Notes: a model not told the origin generated them from the sequence alone. Counted from the first letter of the stretch, positions 11,372-20,547 are shown. The stretch: 32,807 bases of DNA from Candidatus Latescibacterota bacterium (GCA_965205655.1 CBDBIJ010000098.1:1-32807), one strand, 5' to 3'. Made by a program: numbers and translations.

Positions 11372-13007
11372 CTAGCCGACATCGGCGTTTGCCCGCTCGC
11401 CGCCGTCGGCAACTGCCTCTGTTGGAATTTCGTCATCGCTGACCACGACCTCCGAAGACGCGTTCGTCACGCTCGTCGCGGCGGCGTCCTCCGTGGGCGT
11501 TGTCCCGTCGGCCCCGTCACTGACATCGTCCTCGGAACTGTGAGCAACCTCCTCATCCTCTTCGGGCTCTGCCGCCACAGCGCTGGACTCTTGGCCACTC
11601 CCCTCGGCCGCCTCTGCCTCATCTGCATTGACGCCGCTCTCATCGAGGTCAGGCGGGCCGGAATCCTGTGCCGAATCTTCCTGCGCCGCGTCCACCCTCG
11701 GCTCGTCTTCGATGACAGTGGGTCGCAGTTCCTCGCCCCGTGCCTCTGCTTCCACGACGTATTGCTCGGCGGCGGCTTTGAGCTCGGCTGCCGCCGAGTC
11801 CTCTTCCAATCCGGGCACCGTCTCCAGCATCTCGACGTCGGACTCCGCTACTGAGCGAATCGACAAAAAGCCGCTGGTTGCCAGACTCAGGCTGATCAAC
11901 TCGCTCACATTCGGCAAGCGCCTGAGTTCCTCCTGACTACCTTCGATTCTCGCCCGGCGCGCCTGATACTGGTCGTCTGTGATGATGTCGAGTCCCCACC
12001 CGGTCAACTGCACGGCGAGGCGGGAGTTTTGGCCCGATCTCCCGATGGACAATGAGAGCTGGTCTTCGGCGACGATGACGGATGCGTGACGCCGTCGGAT
12101 ATCGATGACGACGCGAGACACAGTGGCTGGACTGAGCGCGCGGGGAGATGAATACCTCGGGCTCGTCAGACCACGGCACAATATCGATGCGCTCACCGCT
12201 GAGCTCGCGCACGACCGCCTGGACTCTGGATCCCTTGACGCCGACGCAGGCGCCAACTGGATCGACGCGATCATCGTTCGAGCTGACGGCGATCTTGGCG
12301 CGCTCGCCGGGCTCGCGTGAGACGGAGTGGACGGTGACGATGCCCTCGGCGATCTCCGGAACCTCGATAGCGAACAGCTTTCTGAGGAACTCCGGATGTG
12401 ATCTGGACAGCAGTACCTGTGGACCGCGAGTCGACTTCAAGACCTCAAAGATATAGCCGCGAACACTGTCGCCCTGCCGATAGCGCTCGCGGCGGATCTG
12501 TTCCTTGAGTGGAATGGCGGCTTCGGCGCGTCCCAGATTGAGTACGATGTCGCCGTGACTGATTTGCTGCACCGTGCCAGACTCGATCTGTCCCACCCGA
12601 CCGGTGAACTCGTCGAAGATCTTCTCCCTTTCGGCCTCTCGCACGCGCTGAATGAGAATCTGCTTCGCCGTCTGGATGGCGTTGCGGCCGAAGTCCGCGA
12701 GGTTGAGCTCCTCGTAGACGACTGAACCCAGCTGGGCCTGAGCGTCGATGACGCGGGCCTCCTCGAGGTCGATTTCGACCTCGGGTTCATTCACCTCCTC
12801 GACGACTGTCTTGCGGGCGAGCACGGCCATCCGACCGGTGTCGGAGTCGAAATCCACTTCGAAATTGTCGGTGTCGCCGTAGCGCTTTTTTGCCGCCGAG
12901 ACGAGCGCATCCGTCAAGGTCTCAATAACGAGCTCGCGATCGACGTTCTTCTCTCGGGCAATTTGGCCGAGTGCCTCGACGATATTGAGATTGCTCATCT
13001 GGGCCAT
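11372..13007 (-). CDS. nusA: Transcription termination/antitermination factor NusA with long acidic C-terminal tail; one extra base at about 12142-12145
   Basis: [12 protein letters not shown]1 domain, [19 protein letters not shown] and [14 protein letters not shown]. It continues ALSPA...[27 protein letters not shown] in the next frame. Confidence 0.96.
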
Positions 13008-13472
13008 TCAAAACTCCGCTTCAATAGTGGCCTTGGCGATGTCGCCGCGAGAGACGTCCTCGCGTCCTCCAGAAGTGTCGATTTCGATGTGGCTTTCCGT
13101 CCAGTCCTGCAAGCGGCCCACCAGCGTTTTTCCCGATTCCAGCACCACTTTTACTCGTCGCGACCGCGCCCGGCTGAAGTCCTGATCAGTACTCAGTGGT
13201 CGATCCAAGCCCGGCGACGTGACTTCCAGTCGATAGCGGCCGGGGAAGGGATCCTCGACGTCGAGGACGTCAGCCAATTCGCGCGAAATCCTCTCGCAGG
13301 CATCGATCGTGATCCCGCAATCCCTGTGGACGAGGACTCGGACCCTGTGGCTGTTTGTTGTGCCGGCGAGCTCGAGGTCAACGAGAACGGCATCGCAGTC
13401 TGCGACGACGGACGCGACCAGCGCCTTGACTTTCGCACTCAGATCGGAAAGGTCGGAACGTGTGCCGGTCAC
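13008..13472 (-). CDS. rimP: Ribosome maturation factor RimP
   Basis: GITIDACERISR and YRLEVTSPGLDRPL; first gene of the nusA-infB operon. The start is probably GTG at 13472, because the track's longer ORF runs through the leader hairpin. Confidence 0.93.
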   Translation of the reverse strand: MTGTRSDLSDLSAKVKALVASVVADCDAVLVDLELAGTTNSHRVRVLVHRDCGITIDACERISRELADVLDVEDPFPGRYRLEVTSPGLDRPLSTDQDFSRARSRRVKVVLESGKTLVGRLQDWTESHIEIDTSGGREDVSRGDIAKATIEAEF

Positions 13473-13491
13473 GCAAAGAAGCCCACATAGC

Positions 13492-13516
13492 AAAAAGCGG
13501 GCTGAAGACGCCCACT
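13492..13516 (-). promoter_or_regulatory. rimP leader hairpin with U-tract (possible attenuator)
   Basis: Minus strand AGTGGGC-GTCTTCA-GCCCGCT-TTTT between the promoter and rimP. It resembles the GTGGG...CCC(A/G)CTTTT hairpin commonly seen before rimP. Confidence 0.6.
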
Positions 13517-13526
13517 GCACGTCGTA

Positions 13527-13555
13527 AAAATAGATATTTATATAGAGTTTGGCAA
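13527..13555 (-). promoter_or_regulatory. Sigma70-type promoter of the rimP-nusA-infB operon
   Basis: TTGCCA (13555-13550), 17-nt spacer, TATTTT (13532-13527), in an AT-rich intergenic patch. Confidence 0.6.
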
Positions 13556-13642
13556 GAGTCGACGGAACCGGGGGAATGTCACCTGAAAACGCTTACACAA
13601 AGGGGCGATTGCAACAGGCCTATTTCGTTGAATATCAATCAG

Positions 13643-14086
13643 TTACGACAGTAATCGAAGTATCTCCTTTAATTCAGTTCGCATTTCTTGCATCCAGCGT
13701 TGCAATTCGACGCCGGGTCGCAGCTCGACGTCGCCGCCATCTGAAGTGTCGGTTGGTGCCATCTGAGCGAACTCTGGTACCTCCCGTCCGAGTACACCTT
13801 CCAGGGTAGCCAGATCCTCCCCCGTCCCGCGCAGCAGTTCCGGCTCTTTCTTCAGCTTCTGCCGCACGCCACGGGTGGAATACCGCTCTTCATACAGAAG
13901 CCGCTTTATGAGCAGGACGATGCCGATATCCCGTTCGCGATAGGCTCTATTCTTGCCGTGGATACGCCGGGGACGCAAACAACCGAACTCCTTCTCCCAA
14001 GCCCTCAGAGTGTAGGGTTGGAGATGGGTCATTTCCGCGACTTCTCCAATGCTGTAGTACAACTTTCTGCCGAGTGATCGCTTCAC
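13643..14086 (-). CDS. MerR-family HTH transcriptional regulator
   Basis: KLYYSIGEVAEM...TLRAWEKEF..LRP....NRAYRERDI...IKRLLYEERYS. The GTG start overlaps the der stop (GTGA). Confidence 0.88.
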   Translation of the reverse strand: MKRSLGRKLYYSIGEVAEMTHLQPYTLRAWEKEFGCLRPRRIHGKNRAYRERDIGIVLLIKRLLYEERYSTRGVRQKLKKEPELLRGTGEDLATLEGVLGREVPEFAQMAPTDTSDGGDVELRPGVELQRWMQEMRTELKEILRLLS

Positions 14087-15513
14087 GATTGAGAGTCCTT
14101 CCCACCGAAACGAGTTTGCCCTCCTGGCCGTCCCCGAGACCTCCTGCGCCAGAGGATGCGCAGTGGTGTCCCGGCGAAACCGAACTCCTTCCTTAGGGCT
14201 TTCTTCACATAGCGTTTATACGCTTCCGTTACCAGATCGGGCCGGTTCGAAAAAATCACGAACGTCGGCGGTCCCACGCAGCTCTGGGTGGCGTAGAGCA
14301 GCTTGACCTCCTTCCCTTCAACTGCGAGGCCCAGCTGTGCCGCAGCGCGATCGACGCATCTGTTGATCTGGGATGTGGACACCCTCGAACTGTAGTTGTC
14401 GAATGCCTGGGCGACGGCTTCGAGACAACGGGACACCCGGCTTCCCGTGAGCGCGGAGATGCACATGACAGGATAATCGACCAGAAACGGAAAGCGACTC
14501 CTCAGCGCGCTCTCGTGCGACTTCCGATCTCGACTCTCGGCGTCGACGAGATCCCATTTGTTGAGAGCCACGACCATGGCGCAGCCCGAGTCGAGAGCAT
14601 GCGCCATGATCCTGCCGTCCTGCGTCGTCTCGCCTTCGCCGGCATCGAGCAAAACGATGACGACATCGGCTCCCTCGATGCTGTTCGTAGCTCGCAGAAC
14701 ACTGTAGTATTCCACCTGGTCGCCGATTCGCGCCCGCCGTCGCAGCCCAGCCGTGTCCACGAGCGTGAAGTCGCGCGAGTTCCAGGAAATGCGGATGTCG
14801 GTGGCATCTCTCGTGGTTCCGGGGCGATCGTCCACGATTGAAACCCGGTAGCCGGCGAGTCGATTGACAAGGGTCGACTTACCAACATTTGGGCGCCCGG
14901 CGAGCACGACCCGAATCGACTTTCCCCCATGGGAGTCGGCCATCGTCTCCACGAGATCGAATCGCTCCACCACCGCGTCGAGCAGATCGCCGGTGTGACG
15001 TCCAGTTGCCGCTGAAACCCCGAAGGGCTCTCCGAGCCCGAGTGAGTAGAACTCGCTAATGTCACGCTGCTGTTCGGGGTGGTCCATCTTGTTCACCGCC
15101 AGGAGGCATGGCTGCTCGCGGCGCCGAAGCATATCGGCGACCTCGCGGTCGAGGGCAGTAACTCCGGCATCGCCGTCGCACAAAAAAATGACCAGATCGG
15201 CTTCATCGAGTGCTTGCTGCGCCTGTTCGCGAACGAGCCCCTGCAGCCCGACTGAATCGGGCACGTAGCCGCCGGTGTCCATGAGGGTGAAGGTCCTGCC
15301 GTTCCACTCGGTGTGCGCGTGGATGATGTCCCGGGTGATTCCCGGCGCGTCATCGGTGATGGCCTGCCGAACTTTGATGAGACGATTGAACAGAGTCGAC
15401 TTGCCCACGTTCGGTCGTCCGAGGATGGCGACGATAGGTCCGGTCGCACCGCGCATGCAGGACACCGGCCTCACGGCGTCTCCCTCGAGCTCGGTTTCCA
15501 CACTCGTCGTCAT
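14083..15513 (-). CDS. der: Ribosome biogenesis GTPase Der (EngA)
   Basis: Two tandem G domains (GRPNVGKSTL...DTGG...NKMD and GRPNVGKSTL...DTAGLRR...NKWD) plus a C-terminal KH-like region (PPTFVIF...FGFAGTPLRI). Confidence 0.97.
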   Translation of the reverse strand: MTTSVETELEGDAVRPVSCMRGATGPIVAILGRPNVGKSTLFNRLIKVRQAITDDAPGITRDIIHAHTEWNGRTFTLMDTGGYVPDSVGLQGLVREQAQQALDEADLVIFLCDGDAGVTALDREVADMLRRREQPCLLAVNKMDHPEQQRDISEFYSLGLGEPFGVSAATGRHTGDLLDAVVERFDLVETMADSHGGKSIRVVLAGRPNVGKSTLVNRLAGYRVSIVDDRPGTTRDATDIRISWNSRDFTLVDTAGLRRRARIGDQVEYYSVLRATNSIEGADVVIVLLDAGEGETTQDGRIMAHALDSGCAMVVALNKWDLVDAESRDRKSHESALRSRFPFLVDYPVMCISALTGSRVSRCLEAVAQAFDNYSSRVSTSQINRCVDRAAAQLGLAVEGKEVKLLYATQSCVGPPTFVIFSNRPDLVTEAYKRYVKKALRKEFGFAGTPLRILWRRRSRGRPGGQTRFGGKDSQS

Positions 15514-16889
15514 TCCTTCTTCCCCACGTAGAATCCCAGTTCCGACAGCTGCCGTCCGCTACCCACATCTGCCGTTCCATCGTCGCCGGTGAGCCAGTCA
15601 GCGACCGATGCGGCGAGGTCGTAGGATCCGACCCTCAGCGGCAGGCCGCACCCGTCTTCGAGCTCGGGAATCGTCATCTCGTCCAGAGTCAATCCGTCGC
15701 CGTTGACGCAGTTGGGCGGCAACAGGGCGACATCCCAGTTGCCACCGGCGAGCGCGGCCGAAATATCCGCCCCAGTGAGCAGTCCCGAAACGCTGATCCC
15801 GTGGCCGAAGAAGTCGTTTGGCACGACGACGAGCTCCGCGGCGAGGCCGCTCAGCGCGCTCAGCTCCTCGACGACAGGCGCCAGAAATCGGTGCGCGAGT
15901 TCACCGGTCACTATGGCCGCCCGCCCGGGCCGATCCGGCATTGCCGGGGACGACGTCCCCAGCTGTTTGAGTCTTTGCTTGCCGCGCTCCCATGTCTCCA
16001 GAAAGGAGCGAACCATCCCTATGCCGTTTTCAAGCTGTGGAAAGGCGTCGTAGTAGGCCGTGTCCGGCAGGCATCCGCCTGACAGCAGAAAGAGCTCGTC
16101 GGCGGCGTAGACGAACCGCTCGCTGAATCTTTTGACAAACTCACTCCCCCAGCGCTCAGCCTCGAGCAGGTAGTCGCGGGCCAACTCCTGAGAAACCGGC
16201 CTCAGCGCGGGCAGGTGAGATCTGAACCGGGTCAATCCGACCGGCACGAGCGCCACAGACCGCACGGCCGGATAGAATGAGCTCAGCTCATCGACAGTCC
16301 GCTCCAGGTGAATGCCGTCATTCCATCCGGGACACAGCACGACCTGGGCGTGCATCTCGATTCCGTTCACTGCCAGTCGTTCGATGCGCTCCAACACTGG
16401 CACTGTCTGCTTTTTTCTACCGAGCATGCGTTGTCGTACATCCGGATCCGTCGCGTGCACGGAGATATACTGCGGAGACAGCCTTTGGTCGATGATGCGC
16501 TGGAGGTCTGACTCCTTCACGTTGGTGAGGGTTACGTAGGAGCCGTGCAAGAACGAAAGGCGGTAGTCGTCGTCTTCGAAGTAGAGGGAGCGGCGCAGTC
16601 CCTTGGGCATCTGGTGGAGAAAACAGAAAACGCATTTGTTGTTGCACTGCCGCAGACGCATCTCCTCAAAAATCAGCCCGATCGCCTCCTGCGGCTGGCG
16701 TTCTACCTGGAGGGAGTATACTTCGTCTGCCCGCCCCACCTCGAAAGCGAGGACGTGCTCGGAACTGTGGACCTGGAAGTCGATGAGGTCGGAGATCTTC
16801 TCGCCGTTGATCGACATGATGCGGTCACCCGGCTCAAATCCCGCCCGCTCAGCCAGGGTTCCCGTCGCGATTGCTTTCACTGCGATCAT
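15510..16889 (-). CDS. PDZ + radical-SAM-like Fe-S protein (DUF512 family)
   Basis: N-terminal PDZ-like segment (LAERAGFEPGDRIMSING), CNNKCVFC (CxxxCxxC), DDDYRLSFLHGSYVTLTN, QVVLCPGWNDG, QLENGIGM and FFG..ISVSGLLTG. The stop overlaps the der ATG. Confidence 0.88.
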   Translation of the reverse strand: MIAVKAIATGTLAERAGFEPGDRIMSINGEKISDLIDFQVHSSEHVLAFEVGRADEVYSLQVERQPQEAIGLIFEEMRLRQCNNKCVFCFLHQMPKGLRRSLYFEDDDYRLSFLHGSYVTLTNVKESDLQRIIDQRLSPQYISVHATDPDVRQRMLGRKKQTVPVLERIERLAVNGIEMHAQVVLCPGWNDGIHLERTVDELSSFYPAVRSVALVPVGLTRFRSHLPALRPVSQELARDYLLEAERWGSEFVKRFSERFVYAADELFLLSGGCLPDTAYYDAFPQLENGIGMVRSFLETWERGKQRLKQLGTSSPAMPDRPGRAAIVTGELAHRFLAPVVEELSALSGLAAELVVVPNDFFGHGISVSGLLTGADISAALAGGNWDVALLPPNCVNGDGLTLDEMTIPELEDGCGLPLRVGSYDLAASVADWLTGDDGTADVGSGRQLSELGFYVGKKE

Positions 16890-16911
16890 GCTCTTCCCCC
16901 CACCCACTCTC

Positions 16912-18057
16912 TCAGTTCGACAGAACGAGGGTCATCTTGTTGCTCGATACTTGCTTGATATCGACGTCGAGGCCATCCAGGCCGGAGGAGGCGAGTTGCC
17001 GTGCCAGCGCGAATGCAGCGGAGCGCGAGCGGGCCTCGTAGATCGCCATACCCGACTCGTAAGACCGTTGATAGAGCTTCTCCACGTCTCGCACCCTACC
17101 GGGAAAGTCCCGTTCGAAGTGAGCGAGCTGCCCCTGTGATCCATGTACGATGAGCTGGATGAGCCGACCTGAATAGACCTTGTCGTGAAGATCCGCGATG
17201 AGGTCCTCGGCGAACTCTTCGGCGACCTGTCTGACACCCTGCTCTATTGCGCGAGCAGCGGCTGCTCGAAGACTCGAATCCGCGCCCCTGCCGACGATGC
17301 TACTCGAAGCCATGAGCTGTCCGGAGTCGATCCAGAATGCCTGCAGTTCAATCGTGGCGGCCGCGGAGATCAGCCCGAGGTCCGCCAGTGATCTGCCCGC
17401 ATTCGGAATGCCAACGTCTGTTGCCTCGACGGTGGCGGTGCCGACGACGGAGATCTCGGCGTGGTTCGCCCCGTTGACAGCTCTGCTCTCGACGGTGTCA
17501 GGCACGACGAGATAGCGTGAGCCACCCACAGCGCGAAGAGCGCGAGCCACGGACTGCTCCAACGCACCCCAATTCGCGGCGGTTCGGGTCCTGCCGTCCT
17601 CGGAAACGAGGAACTCTTTGCTGGCGCACGAGATTCTAGGACGACCTGCCTCCTCGAAGAGCAGTTTCACGGCGCCCAGATCCCTGTGCAGATCCCCCAG
17701 ATCGACGACCGCATCGACGGTGACGCGATAGCTGTCATCTTCTTCCCCGGCCCCCTGCTCCACAATCTCGAACTGACGCACGTACCCAACAGTTTGAGAG
17801 AGAATGTCGTCCTCGACAGCGACCAAATTCCGCACCCGGCTATGAGAGTATATGAGCACCCCGACGGCCTCCTCGACCGCCTCTCGCAAGGCGGCCCGCT
17901 TGGCCTCTTCGAAGGCGGCGGCAAGATTGCCGTCATGCACGGATGCCGAGCCCGTGGCTCTGACGCTCTTGGTCACGCTCGCGCCGGCGGAATCGCCGAA
18001 GCCGAGACTCAGGCAAACGCTCAGCAGCACGACAGACGCCATCGGGGTTTCATTCAT
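16912..18057 (-). CDS. Secreted protein with FlgT N-terminal-like domain
   Basis: Signal peptide (MASVVLLSVCLSLGFG) followed by VRATGSA...AAAFEEAKRAALREAVEEAVGVLIYS...DDILSQTVGYV...YRVTVDAVV, which matches FlgT_N/LPP20-like domains. The start is 18057 or 18042; the track's upstream extension overlaps the previous gene. Confidence 0.65.
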   Translation of the reverse strand: MNETPMASVVLLSVCLSLGFGDSAGASVTKSVRATGSASVHDGNLAAAFEEAKRAALREAVEEAVGVLIYSHSRVRNLVAVEDDILSQTVGYVRQFEIVEQGAGEEDDSYRVTVDAVVDLGDLHRDLGAVKLLFEEAGRPRISCASKEFLVSEDGRTRTAANWGALEQSVARALRAVGGSRYLVVPDTVESRAVNGANHAEISVVGTATVEATDVGIPNAGRSLADLGLISAAATIELQAFWIDSGQLMASSSIVGRGADSSLRAAAARAIEQGVRQVAEEFAEDLIADLHDKVYSGRLIQLIVHGSQGQLAHFERDFPGRVRDVEKLYQRSYESGMAIYEARSRSAAFALARQLASSGLDGLDVDIKQVSSNKMTLVLSN

Positions 18058-18121
18058 CGAAGGTGCTGCGGACCATAGCGGCCGGCGCAGGTGACGGGAA
18101 CGCGGCGCCCGCGGCATCGCC

Positions 18122-19267
18122 TTAAAACTCCATGCGGACTGCGTTCTGCAGCTCCCGAATGATGAGGAGCGCCTCGGCACCGGAGACCGTCTCCTGGGGG
18201 CGGAATCGACCTGTGATTTTGTCCGCCGACATGATACCCCGATCGACGTTGAGGGCGATGGCGTTGTACGAATAGGAATCGCCACGCACATCCGGGAAGG
18301 AAGACGGATCGCCGACGTATTTGGTGGGCAACCGACGATCGCCAGTGATGAGGGTGAGGATTCCCTCGTTCACCCGGGCGTAATTTGCCCTCGTGATCGG
18401 TTCGTCCGGCCGAAAGCTGGCATCCGGCATGAGCTCCAGGCCTGGCACTCCTAGTACCAGAACCTCCTCGATCCAGGGCAGGGCCCAGGAGCCGGCGACA
18501 TCCTCCGACGACGGCAACCTCTCCGGAATCACGTCCTGGGGCGGTGCGAAGGACTGTCCCGATTCGACGGGGCGGCGCTGACGTATCAACCTGGCGAGTT
18601 GAAGCTCCTCCAGCAGAAGAACGGCGAGCTCGGCTCTGGTGATCTGCTCCACGAGGCCAATCCGAATCCCCCACTCGGAGCCGGGTGCGGCCCGCAGGAC
18701 GGTCTGAATGCGCTCCACCTGCCGCAGTGATGGTTCGACCAGAGGGCCGCTGTTCATCTCCAGAACGCGTCCGAAGGACTCCGCCGCAGCCGCCAGCTCG
18801 CGCGCCTTCAGGTAGGTGATTCCCCGGTGATAGTAGGCCGCGGCATCCTCCGGCCGGAGACTGATCGCTTTCGAATCGGCGCGCAAAGCTTTCTTCAACC
18901 AGTCGTCGACGGCGTAACCGCTCTGTGTCCCCTCCGTCGTCAGCAGACGCCCCCTGGCGATATACGCGTCGGCAAAGTCGTTGTCCATGTGGATGGCCCG
19001 TTCGATATCCTGCCGGGCAGTCCAGAATTCCCCCTGCGCGACCGCCACCAGAGCGTAGCCAACATGCCACCCGGGAAAGTCGGTATCGAGGGCGCGAGCG
19101 TGTTCAAACTCGGATTGTGCCATCATCAGATCGCCCTGCTCGATTTTCGCAAAGCCGCGCCTGTAGTGGTTCTCAGGTGTGTCCAGAGGCAACTCGGGAG
19201 GCAGCTTTTTAGGCCCGCAGCTCGCGAAAGCCAGAATCGAGGTCGCTACGCAGATGCTTCGAAACAT
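18122..19267 (-). CDS. Lipoprotein with N-terminal TPR repeats and C-terminal SLH (S-layer homology) repeats
   Basis: Lipobox MFRSICVATSILAFAS-C. TPR-like helices (FADAYIARG, AAAYYHRGITYL). SLH-like units DVAGSWALPWI...FRPDEPITRANYA and FPDVRGDSYSYNAI...RGIM...FRPQETVSGAEAL. Confidence 0.8.
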   Translation of the reverse strand: MFRSICVATSILAFASCGPKKLPPELPLDTPENHYRRGFAKIEQGDLMMAQSEFEHARALDTDFPGWHVGYALVAVAQGEFWTARQDIERAIHMDNDFADAYIARGRLLTTEGTQSGYAVDDWLKKALRADSKAISLRPEDAAAYYHRGITYLKARELAAAAESFGRVLEMNSGPLVEPSLRQVERIQTVLRAAPGSEWGIRIGLVEQITRAELAVLLLEELQLARLIRQRRPVESGQSFAPPQDVIPERLPSSEDVAGSWALPWIEEVLVLGVPGLELMPDASFRPDEPITRANYARVNEGILTLITGDRRLPTKYVGDPSSFPDVRGDSYSYNAIALNVDRGIMSADKITGRFRPQETVSGAEALLIIRELQNAVRMEF

Positions 19268-19299
19268 GTCAGAATTGTCGCCTGAATGATGAGAAAGCA

Positions 19300-19374
19300 T
19301 GGAGCGGGAGACGGGAATCGAACCCGCGACATCAAGCTTGGGAAGCTTGCGCTCTACCCCTGAGCTACTCCCGC
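19300..19374 (-). tRNA. tRNA-Gly(CCC)
   Basis: GCGGGAGTAGCTCAGGGGTAGAGCGCAAGCTTCCCAAGCTTGATGTCGCGGGTTCGATTCCCGTCTCCCGCTCCA: full cloverleaf with encoded CCA. Confidence 0.97.
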
Positions 19375-19452
19375 CCCGCGGGACTTCCAGCGAAGGACAC
19401 AAATGATATCGAGCGGCACACGTGACACCGACCTAGACTTAATACAAATTGT

Positions 19453-19481
19453 AACATAACTGGGCTAACCCCAAGTGTCAA
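19453..19481 (-). promoter_or_regulatory. Sigma70-type promoter upstream of tRNA-Gly
   Basis: TTGACA (19481-19476), 17-nt spacer, TATGTT (19458-19453). Confidence 0.65.
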
Positions 19482-19510
19482 CGCGGTAATCGGACTCGCG
19501 TACCTTGCCA

Positions 19511-20485
19511 TCACATTGCTGATGCCGAGCTCGCGCAGTGAGCGAGAATGCGCTCCAGAGCCCCGTCCGGTCCCACGCGGTCGAGGTCGAGCCAGCGAAA
19601 TCGTCTGTCCCTGCGAAACCAGGTCAGCTGACGCTTTGCGTACTGTCGCGACCTGCGTTTGATGGAAATGGTCGCCTCTTCAAGCGAGGTCTTTCCACCG
19701 AGGTATTGGAACAGCTCTTGGTAGCCGAGCGTATCCAGGCCGCAGCAGTCGGCACCGAATCCGCGTTCGCGGAGATCATTCACCTCTCCGACCCAACCGT
19801 CGGCGATCATGGTGTCCACCCGGTCATCGATTCGCCGGTACAGACGCTGGCGATCCATGGTGAGACAGAACATCAGCGGGGGGAGCTCCCTGATGGCAGT
19901 CGACTGCTGCCGCTGCGAGCGCTCCGACTGGGTCCCCGTTCCCGAATATGCCAGTTCGAGTGCGCGAACGATGCGGTAGGAATCATTTGGCTTCAAAGCC
20001 TGATGCGTCACGGGATCGAGCCTGGACAACTCTCGGTAGAGAGCCGACAGCCCCTCTTTGCGCACCCGCTGTTGCAGCTGAGAGCGCAGGTGGCGACCGG
20101 CGCCGTCATCGTCGAAGAAGCCGTCGAGCACGGCCGAGAGATACAGACCTGATCCGCCCACCATGACCGGGCATTGCCCGCCATCGACCAGCGCGTTGAT
20201 GAGGCGGCGTGCCTGCCGACCGAATTCACCTGCACTGAATGCTTCGTCGGGATTCCGTATGTCGACGAGGTGATGGCGAACGCGCCGGCGCTGTGCGGAT
20301 GTCGGCTTGGCCGTGCCGATGTCCATGTATTTGTAGATTTGACGCGAATCGACCGAGATAATCTCACCACCGATTTGATGGGCGAGCTCAATCCCCATCT
20401 CGGTCTTGCCGACCGCCGTGGGGCCAGCCAGCACGACGGCCTGACGATCCGGGTAGCGCCTCCTCGTATTCGGCGATGAGTCCAT
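19511..20485 (-). CDS. miaA: tRNA dimethylallyltransferase
   Basis: GPTAVGKT, EIISVDSRQIYKYMDIGTAKP, HHLVD, VGGSGLY, RIVRALE and RQYAKRQLTWFR. Confidence 0.97.
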   Translation of the reverse strand: MDSSPNTRRRYPDRQAVVLAGPTAVGKTEMGIELAHQIGGEIISVDSRQIYKYMDIGTAKPTSAQRRRVRHHLVDIRNPDEAFSAGEFGRQARRLINALVDGGQCPVMVGGSGLYLSAVLDGFFDDDGAGRHLRSQLQQRVRKEGLSALYRELSRLDPVTHQALKPNDSYRIVRALELAYSGTGTQSERSQRQQSTAIRELPPLMFCLTMDRQRLYRRIDDRVDTMIADGWVGEVNDLRERGFGADCCGLDTLGYQELFQYLGGKTSLEEATISIKRRSRQYAKRQLTWFRRDRRFRWLDLDRVGPDGALERILAHCASSASAM

Positions 20486-20547
20486 GGTGTTAATATATCC
20501 AGGTCAGGCAAGGTCAGCGAGGTAGCCCTATTCCTGTTATCGCCCGT

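Noticed and set aside
6385..12274. Programmed frameshifting or true pseudogenes in rpsO, truB, infB and nusA
   Set aside because: The sites share no slippery motif or stimulatory structure, all are +1 in short homopolymers, and several of the genes are essential. Assembly error is more parsimonious.
19268..19402. N-terminal extension of the TPR-SLH ORF, and similar extensions on the HU, rimP, mreB, FlgT-like and dctM ORFs
   Set aside because: These extensions run through a tRNA, promoter or neighbouring gene. Downstream starts fit the signal peptides, RBSs and family N-termini better.
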